From Bacillota bacterium (GTDB lineage Bacteria > Bacillota > JAAYKD01), in assembly GCA_963666425.2 (NCBI GenBank), contig OY762825.2, positions 928,001 through 992,000 on the forward strand: DNA of 64,000 nt, in the 5' to 3' direction. A program made the translations under genes and the position numbers. Shown one piece after another: positions 10,261-19,671 of this stretch; within the stretch, counting starts at the first letter, position 1, and every line of letters begins with the position of its first letter. The notes below the pieces were generated by a model. It was not told where the DNA came from, did no database searches, and was given only the letters and a program-made list of their open reading frames with translations.

Positions 10261-11064
10261 TTAACCTCCCTGGACAATGATTTTTCTGCTGGCTCGCTTT
10301 AGCCACCATTTACCCAGAAGAATCAATCCAACCAGCCAGGCGATCTGCAGCAAGAGATCGAGATACAACTCAGTTCCGCTGATATTGCCGCTGTAAACCC
10401 GCAGCGGTAAATTTTGCATAAAATAGAAAGGGGTCAGACTGATAATCTGAACGACCGCGTTGGGCAAAAAAGGCAGCGGGATGAGAGAGCCGGTTAAGAA
10501 ATCGGATAAAGAAGAAACCACCAGACGCTGGCCTTGAGAAGACAAAGTGTAGAAGGTTGAGATATAAACCAGCAGGCAGACTGCGGTGACGATTGCTAAG
10601 CTGAAGCAAGCTGTGATAAAAAACATCAATAGGCTGACTCCATCTTGTGGTGGCGCCAGCCGATAAGGTTTTGCAATGCAAAAACCAAGCAGCAGTAAAA
10701 GTGGACACTGCAGCATCGTCCGCGATAACCTGGAAGCGATATTTTTGATAAACCAGGTATGATACAAATCAAGCGGCCGCACCAGAGTGTAAGAAATATT
10801 GCCGTCAGTGATCTCCTGAAAGACATCCAGATCCCATTGCCGCAGCATAAAGAGCGGCAGCAACGCCTGCTGCAGCCAAATGTAGGAAGTCAGCTGGGAA
10901 AAGCCCATGGGAAATGCGTCAGGATTCGCCTGATAAAATGCTTTATAGAGCAAAATGTTCATCAGAGCCCAGGCAGTCGTACAGGCGATACCGCCTAAAG
11001 CCGCTGCTCGATACTGTAAGCTATTGATCAGACGCATGCGAAAGAAAGAATAGTAGGCTTTCAT
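10261..11064 (-). CDS. ABC-2 type permease (DUF990-like)
   Basis: ITDGNISYTLVRPLD, GSLIPLPFLP, IIVQGG C-terminus. Confidence 0.88.
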   Translation of the reverse strand: MKAYYSFFRMRLINSLQYRAAALGGIACTTAWALMNILLYKAFYQANPDAFPMGFSQLTSYIWLQQALLPLFMLRQWDLDVFQEITDGNISYTLVRPLDLYHTWFIKNIASRLSRTMLQCPLLLLLGFCIAKPYRLAPPQDGVSLLMFFITACFSLAIVTAVCLLVYISTFYTLSSQGQRLVVSSLSDFLTGSLIPLPFLPNAVVQIISLTPFYFMQNLPLRVYSGNISGTELYLDLLLQIAWLVGLILLGKWWLKRASRKIIVQGG

Positions 11065-12035
11065 ATTTCGAATTCCTCATACAGAGAAACGACCATTTCG
11101 TCAACCGAAGTAGCGGCAATCGACAAATCAGTCAATTCAGCTTGAGAGGATAAATGAGCAATCGCTTCCGCCACCGTCAACAGGCGTGTATCAATTTGGA
11201 ATACGGCCTGACCATTCAGTTGGCTCTGCTGCAGGATGCCATCTTTTGGCAGAAAGAAACCATTGCTGTATTCCACCGTGATAACTTTATAGGGGGTATT
11301 GCGTTTCATTAGTTCCGGTAGGGTTCCGTCCAGTAAGATCCGTCCCTTGCCGATCAGCAGAATTCGTTCTGCCATGCTCTCAATATCCTGCATATCATGT
11401 GTCGTCAAAATTACGGTGGTATGGTGTTCCCGATTCAGGCGCTTAATGAAATCGCGCACAGCGATTTTGGAAACCGCATCCAAACCAATGGTCGGTTCAT
11501 CGAGGAACAGTATTTTCGGGCTATGCAGCAGGGAGGCTGCGATCTCACAGCGCATGCGCTGCCCCAAGCTCAAGCTTCTGGCCGGTGTCCTGATGATCTC
11601 AGCGAGATCAAGTAAGGTCACCAATTCATCCAAATTCCTTTGATACTGAGCTTTCTTTACCCGATAAATATCACGAATCAGCTCAAAAGAGTCGATGACC
11701 GGTACATCCCACCAAAGCTGCGAACGCTGTCCAAAAACAACCCCAATCTGCTGGACGTGGGCGATTCGCTCCTGCCAAGGTACACGGCCATCAATCAAGC
11801 AACTGCCGCTGTCGGGAGTCAGAATTCCGCACATGATTTTAATCGTACTGCTCTTGCCGGCACCGTTTGGTCCGATGTAGCCAACCATTTCACCTTCATT
11901 GATCTGAAAACTGACATTACGCAGTGCCTGCACGCTCGTATACTGTTTATGGAACAAAGCTTTCACTGCTTGCCTGAAACCGGCACTGCGTTTTGCCACC
12001 CGAAAAGTTTTGTTAATATCGTTCAACTCTATCAT
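11061..12035 (-). CDS. ABC transporter ATP-binding protein
   Basis: Walker A GPNGAGKS, LSLGQ signature, LFLDEPTIGLD, TTHD. Confidence 0.95.
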   Translation of the reverse strand: MIELNDINKTFRVAKRSAGFRQAVKALFHKQYTSVQALRNVSFQINEGEMVGYIGPNGAGKSSTIKIMCGILTPDSGSCLIDGRVPWQERIAHVQQIGVVFGQRSQLWWDVPVIDSFELIRDIYRVKKAQYQRNLDELVTLLDLAEIIRTPARSLSLGQRMRCEIAASLLHSPKILFLDEPTIGLDAVSKIAVRDFIKRLNREHHTTVILTTHDMQDIESMAERILLIGKGRILLDGTLPELMKRNTPYKVITVEYSNGFFLPKDGILQQSQLNGQAVFQIDTRLLTVAEAIAHLSSQAELTDLSIAATSVDEMVVSLYEEFEI

Positions 12036-12090
12036 GCTTTATCTCCTTTGTTCCCGCAATGGGAATGAAAGCACCGCTGGTTTTTTCAGA

Positions 12091-12131
12091 GAAAAAACCA
12101 GCGGATGATGCGATAACGATTCATCCGCTGG
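12091..12131 (-). terminator. Intrinsic terminator of the GNAT gene
   Basis: Minus strand CCAGCGGATGA-12 nt-TCATCCGCTGG followed by TTTTTT. Confidence 0.7.
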
Positions 12132-12134
12132 AAA

Positions 12135-12569
12135 TTAGTAAGTTAAGAGATAGATCAGCTCTCCGTCGATCATCCGTCCGTCCGGTTTAAAACCCAAACT
12201 CTCATAAAGCGATTTTGCTCTGAAATTATCCGGTGCAAAACTGATATAAATCTTGTGATAAGCCAGATCCTGCTGAATACGATAGATCAATATTTGCATG
12301 ACCCGACGGCCGAATCCCTGTGATTGATATTTCTCATCGATCATGACGCGATAAATCCAGTATTCTTTCTGCTGTGGTTCTAAACAATACATGACAAATC
12401 CAATGGCTGTTTCATCGTTAAACACGGCGAGAGGAACACATTCCGGCTCTGCTTTGGCTTCCGCAATGGAAAACAGATTACTGGCAACAAAGCTCTTCTG
12501 ATCTTCCATTACCTTCAGCCGGATCACCTGCTGCAGATTTTCCCGGTCGATCTCTCTAAAGCGAATCAA
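12135..12569 (-). CDS. GNAT N-acetyltransferase (BltD/spermidine acetyltransferase-like)
   Basis: QKSFVASNLFSIAEA, MIDEKYQSQGFGR (motif A), AKSLYESLGF. Confidence 0.85.
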   Translation of the reverse strand: MIRFREIDRENLQQVIRLKVMEDQKSFVASNLFSIAEAKAEPECVPLAVFNDETAIGFVMYCLEPQQKEYWIYRVMIDEKYQSQGFGRRVMQILIYRIQQDLAYHKIYISFAPDNFRAKSLYESLGFKPDGRMIDGELIYLLTY

Positions 12570-12623
12570 AATATCACCTCTTTCTGGTATCTATTTCCAT
12601 TCTCTCGGAAGTTTACTTATAGT

Positions 12624-12652
12624 AAAATAGCATAAAGGAGCAGAACCGTCAA
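12624..12652 (-). promoter_or_regulatory. Putative sigma-A promoter of the GNAT gene
   Basis: TTGACG, 17 bp, TATTTT with extended TG. Confidence 0.45.
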
Positions 12653-12792
12653 GCATAAATACTCATATTTTATCAAGATGTAACATAAATGCAACAAGAA
12701 AGCTGCTCACCAGACAGTGAACTGCTCCCTGTCAAGTAGACAGATGAAATAACAAAATAATTCTTAGGAAACACAGCGCTGCGCGCTGTGGT

Positions 12793-12841
12793 AACCGCAA
12801 ATTTTGAATGGCTGTTTTACATCCATTCAAAATTTGCGGTT
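12793..12841. terminator. 19-bp perfect hairpin downstream of IS orfB
   Basis: AACCGCAAATTTTGAATGG / CCATTCAAAATTTGCGGTT. Confidence 0.55.
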
Positions 12842-12848
12842 TTATTTT

Positions 12849-13751
12849 TTATGCCGCTTTTTCGAAAAGGTTTCGATAACTCATCGGCGCCAATTTCTGT
12901 AGCTTGTGTTGACGACGTTCATAATTGTAATAGTGAATGAAATCTTCAATTGCTTTAGCAAGGGAATCATAATCTTCAAACTGATCCAGATAATACATTT
13001 CACACTTAAGAATACCCCAGAAGCCTTCCATTGGACCATTGTCAATGCAGCGGCCCGCGCGAGACATGCTTTGCGTCATTTCTGCAAGGTCCAATTTTCT
13101 CTTAAAAGACTTACTCGTATATTGATATCCACGGTCACTATGAAACAGTGGATGAGCATCCGGATATTTCCGGACTGCTAAGTCAAAGGTATCAAAGACC
13201 AATTGGTTATTGTTACTGTGTCCAATGGCAAAAGAAACAATATCTCTTCCCTTCAAATCCAGGATCGCGCTCAAATAGAGTTTCTCCAAGTTATGGTTGT
13301 ACTTCATCTCGGTTACATCAGTCAGCCATTTTTCGTTTTGCTTTTCAGCAGTAAATTCCCGATTCAGAATGTTTTCTGCCGTAACCTCTGGTGTGGATCT
13401 TTGGTAAGCTGGCCGCTTGCGACGGATGACGGACTTCAACCCCACTAGCTGCGTCAATCTATAAAACCGTTTGCAATTATATTTCCGTGTGTGCTCTTCG
13501 TTTTTATTGTATTCATCAGCAATTCTCCGATATCCAAACGTACTATTGCTCTTGGCATAAATCAATCCAATTTCGTGGATGAGCTTCTCATTCTCTAGTT
13601 CGCTCTGGCTCTTTTCCCTGTGTGTCCATTTGTAATAGCTGGAACGATTTAATTCTAAAATGTCACAAATTTCCGCAACAGAGAAGTTTTCTTCTGCAAA
13701 GTCTTGTACACAAACATATATACCTTGCTGCCGAACTCCGCTTAACGTCAC
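12849..13751 (-). CDS. IS3 transposase OrfB (DDE integrase core)
   Basis: FGYRRI, KWLTDVTE, FHSDRGYQY, SMSRAGRCIDNGPMEGFW. Confidence 0.95.
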   Translation of the reverse strand: MTLSGVRQQGIYVCVQDFAEENFSVAEICDILELNRSSYYKWTHREKSQSELENEKLIHEIGLIYAKSNSTFGYRRIADEYNKNEEHTRKYNCKRFYRLTQLVGLKSVIRRKRPAYQRSTPEVTAENILNREFTAEKQNEKWLTDVTEMKYNHNLEKLYLSAILDLKGRDIVSFAIGHSNNNQLVFDTFDLAVRKYPDAHPLFHSDRGYQYTSKSFKRKLDLAEMTQSMSRAGRCIDNGPMEGFWGILKCEMYYLDQFEDYDSLAKAIEDFIHYYNYERRQHKLQKLAPMSYRNLFEKAA

Positions 13752-14425
13752 CTCCTCCTCAATTTTTCGAGTTTTTTTAATATCGCATTCTCCAATTCTA
13801 ATCTTCTATTCTTTGCTGTTAAGAGTCGGTGTTCCGCGCGTAGTTTCTCCAACTCAGTCATTTCGGCTTCTGCTTTCCGTTTTCCCCGTTTATCTGAGAG
13901 ACCATCTACACCGCGTTCTTCATACTTCTTTACCCAAGCATAGATTTGTTGGTAGCTGACGCCATATTTTTCTATCGTCCCAGCATAATTTTTATTGTGC
14001 TCAATGCAATAGCTAACGATCTCAACTCGTTCCTCCCGTGTCGTCTTTATTCCCCTGGTCATATAGAGTTCACTCCCTTTACCGCTGGAAGCGCGGAATT
14101 CTTTATGACCATTATACATCTTTATCCAAGTTTGCAATTGCCTCTTCGCTCGAATTTTGTATCTTTCGCAAATTTCAACCTGACTGCCTTTCCCTGAAAG
14201 ATAGGCAAGTGCGGCTTCTCGTTTCATTTCTAGAGTATAGTTTTTGTTGTTTTCCTGTGGTCTAAGGCCATCTCGTCCCATTGATTTGTAGTTACGAATC
14301 CATTGTTGAAATGATGATAAACCTATCCCAAATTTTCTTGCCCAACGTGGTTGACTTCCTTCTCCGGATAGATACGCTTCTACAGCCTTGATCTTTTCTT
14401 CTGATGTTGCTTTCGCTTTTTGCAT
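13748..14425 (-). CDS. IS3 transposase OrfA (tandem HTH)
   Basis: Three HTH-like repeats, GVSYQQIYAWVKKY, C-terminal leucine zipper ELENAILKK. Confidence 0.92.
   Translation of the reverse strand: MQKAKATSEEKIKAVEAYLSGEGSQPRWARKFGIGLSSFQQWIRNYKSMGRDGLRPQENNKNYTLEMKREAALAYLSGKGSQVEICERYKIRAKRQLQTWIKMYNGHKEFRASSGKGSELYMTRGIKTTREERVEIVSYCIEHNKNYAGTIEKYGVSYQQIYAWVKKYEERGVDGLSDKRGKRKAEAEMTELEKLRAEHRLLTAKNRRLELENAILKKLEKLRRR
13771..13780 (-). other. Programmed -1 frameshift site fusing orfA and orfB
   Basis: TTA AAA AAA C on the minus strand; the -1 frame reads KKTRKIEEEVTLSGVRQ into orfB. Confidence 0.75.
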
Positions 14426-14559
14426 AATAATAGCTCCCCATTGTGTAGTCTCGAACTTTTTGTTATTTCGAGTGTCTACCCTATGGGGAGCATATCACAG
14501 GTGATACAGCTTTCTTGTTTTCTGGATTGCTCTGATTTTAGAGACATCGTAAACACAAA

Positions 14560-16098
14560 CTAGAGCGTGGTATAGTTCTTTGCAAACATCTCCACCAGGT
14601 GTTTGGCTTGACGGTCATAGGCGTCTTTATCCTGCCATGTTTGACGAGGATCCAAAAGCTCTGCCGGCACATTGGGACAGCTGAGCGGTACATCAATCTT
14701 AAAAATAGGATTATTGATATAAGTCACCTGATCGAGATCCCCGTTTAAAGCAGCTGTCACCATTGCCCGCGTGTATTTCAAGGAAATACGGTGACCTTCT
14801 CCATATGGGCCACCAGTCCAACCTGTATTGAGCAGATAGACTCTGGTTTGGTGCGTTTCGATCAGTTCACCCAACAAGGCGGCATAAACATGGGGGTTAC
14901 GCGGTAGGAAAGGTGCTCCGAAACAGGAACTGAAGGTCGCTTCCGGTGCAACAATTCCTCTTTCTGTGCCCGCTAATTTCGAAGTATAACCGGATAAGAA
15001 ATAATACATCGACTGTTCTTTATTCAGACGGGCAATCGGAGGCATCACACCGAAAGCATCTGCGGTTAAAAAGAAAATCGTCTTGGGATGGCCGCCTACC
15101 GAGGGAATCACTGCCCCTGGAATATAGTGAATCGGATAAGCCACGCGGGTATTTTCAGTTAAGCTGCCATCGCAGTAATCCGGTTGATGTGTCTTTTCAC
15201 CTAAAACAACATTCTCCACAACAGAACCAAAACGAATCGCATTCCAAATTTGCGGTTCATTTTCTTCTTTCAAATTGATACACTTGGCATAGCAGCCACC
15301 TTCAAAATTGAAGATACCATTGGGTGACCAGCCATGTTCATCATCGCCAATCAAGCGGCGGTTGGGATCGGCAGACAACGTTGTCTTGCCAGTGCCAGAC
15401 AAACCAAAGAAGAGTGCTACATCTCCTTGTTCACCAATGTTGGCAGAGCAATGCATCGGGCAAACATGCTGATCCGTCAGCAGGAAATTCATCGCCGAGA
15501 AAATAGATTTTTTCATTTCTCCGGCATAACTGCTGCCGCCGATGATGACCTGTTTACGGCCAAAATGCACAATGATAAAGGCTTCGCTGTTGGTGCCGTC
15601 ACTTTGTGGCCAAGCCCGAAATCCGGGGGCGCAGATCACAGTGAATTCTGCTTCGTGTTCTGCTAATTCTGCTTCTGTCGGACGAATAAACAGCTGATGT
15701 ACGAATAAATTCTGCCAGGCGCATTCATTGATCACACGAATCGGTAACGTATAGCTGCGATCGGCTCCAGCGAAGCCATCGAAAACAAATAAGTCACGAT
15801 TTTCCAGATAAGCGGTTAACCGCTGATAGATTTTATCATAGTGATCCTCTGCCATTGGCATATTGACACTGCCCCAGGCGATCTGATCATGCACATCTTT
15901 GGTATCCACGATAAATTTATCTTTTGGGGAACGTCCTGTATACTTACCCGTTTCTACTGATAAAGCGCCGGTATCCGATAAGACACCTTCACCACGTTTC
16001 AAGGACTGCTCAACCAGTTCGACCGGTGTTAGGTTGCGATATACTTCTCCAGTATAATGAATTCCTAAATAGTTCAAATTCAAGTTTGCTTCCGACAT
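14560..16098 (-). CDS. pckA: Phosphoenolpyruvate carboxykinase (ATP)
   Basis: [46 protein letters not shown]. Confidence 0.97.
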   Translation of the reverse strand: MSEANLNLNYLGIHYTGEVYRNLTPVELVEQSLKRGEGVLSDTGALSVETGKYTGRSPKDKFIVDTKDVHDQIAWGSVNMPMAEDHYDKIYQRLTAYLENRDLFVFDGFAGADRSYTLPIRVINECAWQNLFVHQLFIRPTEAELAEHEAEFTVICAPGFRAWPQSDGTNSEAFIIVHFGRKQVIIGGSSYAGEMKKSIFSAMNFLLTDQHVCPMHCSANIGEQGDVALFFGLSGTGKTTLSADPNRRLIGDDEHGWSPNGIFNFEGGCYAKCINLKEENEPQIWNAIRFGSVVENVVLGEKTHQPDYCDGSLTENTRVAYPIHYIPGAVIPSVGGHPKTIFFLTADAFGVMPPIARLNKEQSMYYFLSGYTSKLAGTERGIVAPEATFSSCFGAPFLPRNPHVYAALLGELIETHQTRVYLLNTGWTGGPYGEGHRISLKYTRAMVTAALNGDLDQVTYINNPIFKIDVPLSCPNVPAELLDPRQTWQDKDAYDRQAKHLVEMFAKNYTTL

Positions 16099-16129
16099 TG
16101 CATATCCCTCCTGCCTTTTTGATAATCAT

Positions 16130-16158
16130 ATTGTAGCTCATCTTTGGCAAAACGTCAA
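16130..16158 (-). promoter_or_regulatory. Sigma-A promoter of pckA
   Basis: TTGACG (16158-16153), 17 bp, TACAAT (16135-16130). Confidence 0.65.
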
Positions 16159-16205
16159 CAATATTGCCTGCTTTTCATGCAATCTACTGATACAATAAGG
16201 TTTAC

Positions 16206-16233
16206 TCTTGATTTATGATATCATATATCAAGA
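16206..16233. promoter_or_regulatory. 28-bp near-perfect palindrome (candidate operator)
   Basis: TCTTGATTTATGATATCATATATCAAGA, one mismatched pair. Confidence 0.45.
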
Positions 16234-16250
16234 ATATATCGTAATTATGA

Positions 16251-17441
16251 TTATTCGTTGAAGTAAATGTTATTTTCAGCAAGAAGTTTAAGCATGGCCC
16301 ATTCTTTGATGCCATAACACTGCAGCAACTGATTCATCTGCTGCAGTGCTTTTGAGGTAATAACTGGTTTTTGAGATTTAATCGCTCTAATCAGTATATT
16401 TTTAGGAGTATGCTCCAAATCAATGAATTCCATCACCTGCGTAGTATAACCGCAGGCTTCCAAAGCGGATGCTCTCAGGGCATCCGTTACCAAACTGGCC
16501 AGCCGTTCTCTCAGAATACCATGCCGCAATACTGCCTGCTGTGCTTCCGACTGCAGCTGCGGTGCCAGTTCGTGCTGGCAGCAAGGCACCGCTAAAATGA
16601 TTTTTGCCTGCCAAAGAATTGCCTGAGTCAAGGCTGCATCCGTAGCCGTATCACAGGCGTGCAGCGATACGACCAAATCAACCGGCCGATCATTTTGCCA
16701 GCCGGCAATATCTCCTTGTTCAAAATGCAAACCTGTATAGTCCAGTTTACGCGCCAGTGCTTCGCAATGCTCGATCACATCTGTCTTTAAGTCAAGCCCG
16801 ATGATCTCTACTTCGCGCTGTTTTTTATCTGCCAACAGCCAATAAAGTGCAAATGTCAGGTAGGATTTACCGCAGCCAAAATCGATGATGCGCAGCGTTC
16901 CTTCTTCAGGCAATCGGGGTAGACAATCCGTTACAATCTCCAAGTAACGGTTAATTTGCTTAAATTTGTCAAATCGGTCTTTACTGACCATACCATTAGC
17001 AGTCATGATACCCAATTCCAGCAAAAAATCGATCGGTTCACCCTCCCGCAGCAGATAATTTTTGCTGCGGTTATGCTCCTTGGCCTGAATGGGACGTTCT
17101 ACCGCCTTCCCGCTCAAGTGAACCATACCATCCTTTTGGAAAAAAAGCTGATAATCCTCTTCCGCTGTCAGGATCTGCGCCTGCTTGTATTGCTTTGCCA
17201 CTTGCTGCAGCCAGAGTACAGCTTCCTCGCTTTGATGATAATTGGTATGAAATACCTTTTGGCCGTCAGACGCTTCCACTTGCCAAAAAAGTCCTGCTTT
17301 GCCTTTTTTGGGAATAAGGGTCTGTTTATGATAAACAGCAGTCCGGTTAGGGCCGCTGACTATAATCTTGGCCAATTTCGCTTGCTGCAGCAGGTCTGCC
17401 ACCATCCGAGACAGCTCCAGTAGCTGTATTTGCTTTTTCAT
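16251..17441 (-). CDS. SAM-dependent methyltransferase (Methyltransf_32-like)
   Basis: HNRSKNYLL, KFKQINRYLE, IDFGCGKSYLTF, SLHACDTATD, PCCQHE; start ATG 17441 after AAGGTGA (alternative 17456). Confidence 0.88.
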   Translation of the reverse strand: MKKQIQLLELSRMVADLLQQAKLAKIIVSGPNRTAVYHKQTLIPKKGKAGLFWQVEASDGQKVFHTNYHQSEEAVLWLQQVAKQYKQAQILTAEEDYQLFFQKDGMVHLSGKAVERPIQAKEHNRSKNYLLREGEPIDFLLELGIMTANGMVSKDRFDKFKQINRYLEIVTDCLPRLPEEGTLRIIDFGCGKSYLTFALYWLLADKKQREVEIIGLDLKTDVIEHCEALARKLDYTGLHFEQGDIAGWQNDRPVDLVVSLHACDTATDAALTQAILWQAKIILAVPCCQHELAPQLQSEAQQAVLRHGILRERLASLVTDALRASALEACGYTTQVMEFIDLEHTPKNILIRAIKSQKPVITSKALQQMNQLLQCYGIKEWAMLKLLAENNIYFNE

Positions 17442-17455
17442 CCCTATCACCTTCA

Positions 17456-18085
17456 TTATAAAATCTTCGGACAATCCTGCCGGACAGGACAGGCTGCACA
17501 GCAAGGGGTTTTCGCTTTACAATAGGTTCGGCCATGATGGATCAGCCAATGGTGCGCCTCTCCCCATTTCTCTTCAGGGATCAAGACGCATAGACTCATT
17601 TCCGTCTGCAGCGGTGTTTTCGCCTCGGCCAGTCCCATGCGGTTGGCAACCCGGAAAATATGGGTATCCACTGCCAAAGCCGGTATTCCAAAGGCGATTG
17701 ATAAAACAACACTGGCAGTTTTACGGCCGACGCCGGGCAGAGCTTCCAGGTCTGTTCTAGTCTCGGGAACCCTTCCCCCATGTTCTTCAATCAGTTTCTT
17801 CGCCATCTGCGCTAGGTTTTTACTTTTATTCCGGAATAAACCGACTCCTTTGGTCAATTGTTCGATTTCGTCAACAGAAAGAGCAGCCAAGGCAAACACA
17901 TCCGGCGCTTTGGCAAAAAGGATTTTTGTGGTCTGGTTGACCTGTTTATCGGTCGATTGTGCCGAAAGAATGACTGCGACTAACAGCTCATAGGCATTAT
18001 GAAAATTCAAATCGGAAACCGCATCTTGATAGTACTGTTCCAATTGAGTCAGAATGCGCTTGCTGCGAGCTTCTTCATTGATCAT
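17456..18085 (-). CDS. nth: Endonuclease III
   Basis: ELLVAVILSAQSTD, HhH LPGVGRKTA, AVDTHIFRV, C-x6-C-x2-C-x5-C FeS motif; ATG 18085 overlaps the upstream stop. Confidence 0.95.
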   Translation of the reverse strand: MINEEARSKRILTQLEQYYQDAVSDLNFHNAYELLVAVILSAQSTDKQVNQTTKILFAKAPDVFALAALSVDEIEQLTKGVGLFRNKSKNLAQMAKKLIEEHGGRVPETRTDLEALPGVGRKTASVVLSIAFGIPALAVDTHIFRVANRMGLAEAKTPLQTEMSLCVLIPEEKWGEAHHWLIHHGRTYCKAKTPCCAACPVRQDCPKIL

Positions 18086-19101
18086 AAAGCCCACAGAACG
18101 CTGAGCGCGCAATACCTTCCCTGCGGATTTTCAGTCCCGAAGCCCAGCGTAATTTTCGCTTCCTCCGGCAAAAACACAGCAGCCGACAGATGCGCCGCAC
18201 CCGTCCACCAACCATAAGCAAAGAGTAGGGAAAGCAGCAATAAAACCAAGCAGAGGAAGCGAAAAAAAGCAGCTTGACGTTTGGGGTTTTCTGAAAAAGG
18301 TAAGAGCTTCGCTGTTTTATTAATGTTAACCGGCTTTTTGTCGACTGTGTTGTCGGCATTACCCGCTTCTTTTTCAATTTGCGACAATAAGCGCGACCGT
18401 GCAGTCTGGGCGGAAGCGTTGGCAGGATTGATTGTTCTGTTAGACCCTTGCTTTACCTCACGCTCGCTTTCCTGCAATAAGAGAGCGGCTTGTTCCGCTT
18501 CAGCCTGTCTGCGTTGCTGCTCCTCCCGCTCTTCTGATCTTCGCTTTTCTTCTTCGCGCAAGACTGCCGCTTCAGCTTCCTGTTTTTCTGCCTGCTCCTG
18601 CAAAAAAAGCAAGCCCTCCGGTGAACTGCGGCGTATTTTTCGTAAAACCGAAACCTGTGTCACCGGATGGATATACGGAACTTCGACATACTGGTTGGGA
18701 TCATCCTGCCAGCGCTGCACCTCCGGTGGCTCTATTGCCTCCGAAGCCAGAATTGCTTCTGCTTTCTGCTCCATCTCTTCCAGTGTTGCCGATTGTGTTT
18801 CTGTCAGCATTTGCCAACTGTGATCCGGTTCATCGATCCAATTAGAGTGCTCTGCTGGTGCTCTGTCCTCTGTCCTGTCGGCAATCAGGTTTGTTTCCGG
18901 CACTTTCTGTTTGGATGGTGCTGCAATCTCCACCGTTCCGATCCTTGTCAAGCGATTGACTTCCCCTTGCTGCTGTAATTTCGCTGTTTCTTCTGCCAGC
19001 ATTGCCAGCATGCGCATGCGTAATAAATCTTCCCCATTCAATTCAGAAGAAGCAGCTGGAACCGGGTGAACTTCAGTTTTCAGAAGCACAGCTTCTGGCA
19101 T
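18082..19101 (-). CDS. Hypothetical coiled-coil protein with C-terminal TM helix (probably the 3' part of the zf-HC2 gene)
   Basis: E/Q-rich coiled coil; TM FFRFLCLVLLLLSLLFAYGWW; no clear RBS and overlaps the upstream ORF. Confidence 0.6.
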   Translation of the reverse strand: MPEAVLLKTEVHPVPAASSELNGEDLLRMRMLAMLAEETAKLQQQGEVNRLTRIGTVEIAAPSKQKVPETNLIADRTEDRAPAEHSNWIDEPDHSWQMLTETQSATLEEMEQKAEAILASEAIEPPEVQRWQDDPNQYVEVPYIHPVTQVSVLRKIRRSSPEGLLFLQEQAEKQEAEAAVLREEEKRRSEEREEQQRRQAEAEQAALLLQESEREVKQGSNRTINPANASAQTARSRLLSQIEKEAGNADNTVDKKPVNINKTAKLLPFSENPKRQAAFFRFLCLVLLLLSLLFAYGWWTGAAHLSAAVFLPEEAKITLGFGTENPQGRYCALSVLWAL

Positions 19102-19643
19102 TTTTTGTTCCCGTTTTTGCGCCGCAGCCAGGCTTGCATTTGTTCGCTCAGATGAGCAGCCGGATACGGTATCAAAATACCTGCCTCTGTTAATTTTTGC
19201 TCGGCTGTGTGCTCTCCTCTGCGGGCTTTTTGAGGCCGAAATTTCGATTTTTCATGTTTACTTTCCGTCATTTCCTGCTTTCCCTCAAGCTGTATTGGCT
19301 CCGGTTGTTCCGTGCCCGAGCCGCATTTTAGGTTTTCTTCCATTATTTCTTCCGCACCCGTTTCTTTTTGATGATTTAAACCCTTTGCAGCAGTCAATTC
19401 CAGTTGTTCGTTGGGAGATTCGACGATGGCCTTCGGATCGATCACGGTATTTTTAAGAGAGCCTGTTGCCGCTTGATCATTTCTCTCGCTCTGTCTCGAT
19501 TGAGTGGCTGCCTGCAAGGCGATCATTCGGCTGGAGCAAATCGGACATTGACCGAAATGATGTTTCATTTCCAATTTCTCCAAAACAGTCAATTCATTTT
19601 TCACATAAGCCGGTATCAATAAACGTACTTGGCTGCATTGCAA
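19080..19643 (-). CDS. zf-HC2 (anti-sigma zinc finger) domain protein, possibly frameshifted
   Basis: C-x21-H-H-x3-C-x2-C (CSQVRLLIPAYVKNEL...KHHFGQCPIC); TTG start 19643 after GAAGGAGG. Confidence 0.7.
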   Translation of the reverse strand: MQCSQVRLLIPAYVKNELTVLEKLEMKHHFGQCPICSSRMIALQAATQSRQSERNDQAATGSLKNTVIDPKAIVESPNEQLELTAAKGLNHQKETGAEEIMEENLKCGSGTEQPEPIQLEGKQEMTESKHEKSKFRPQKARRGEHTAEQKLTEAGILIPYPAAHLSEQMQAWLRRKNGNKKCQKLCF

Positions 19644-19671
19644 AACAACCCCCTCCTTCTTTTCTTTGATT

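Larger units (their letters stand above)
12718..14497 (-). mobile_element. IS3-family insertion sequence, 1780 bp, apparently intact
   Basis: About 40-bp imperfect IRs with TG...CA ends (TGAACTGCTCCCTGTCAAGTAGACAGATGAAATAAC vs TGATATGCTCCCCATAGGGTAGACACTCGAAATAAC); 3-bp target duplication CAG (12715-12717 / 14498-14500); orfA/orfB. Confidence 0.93.
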
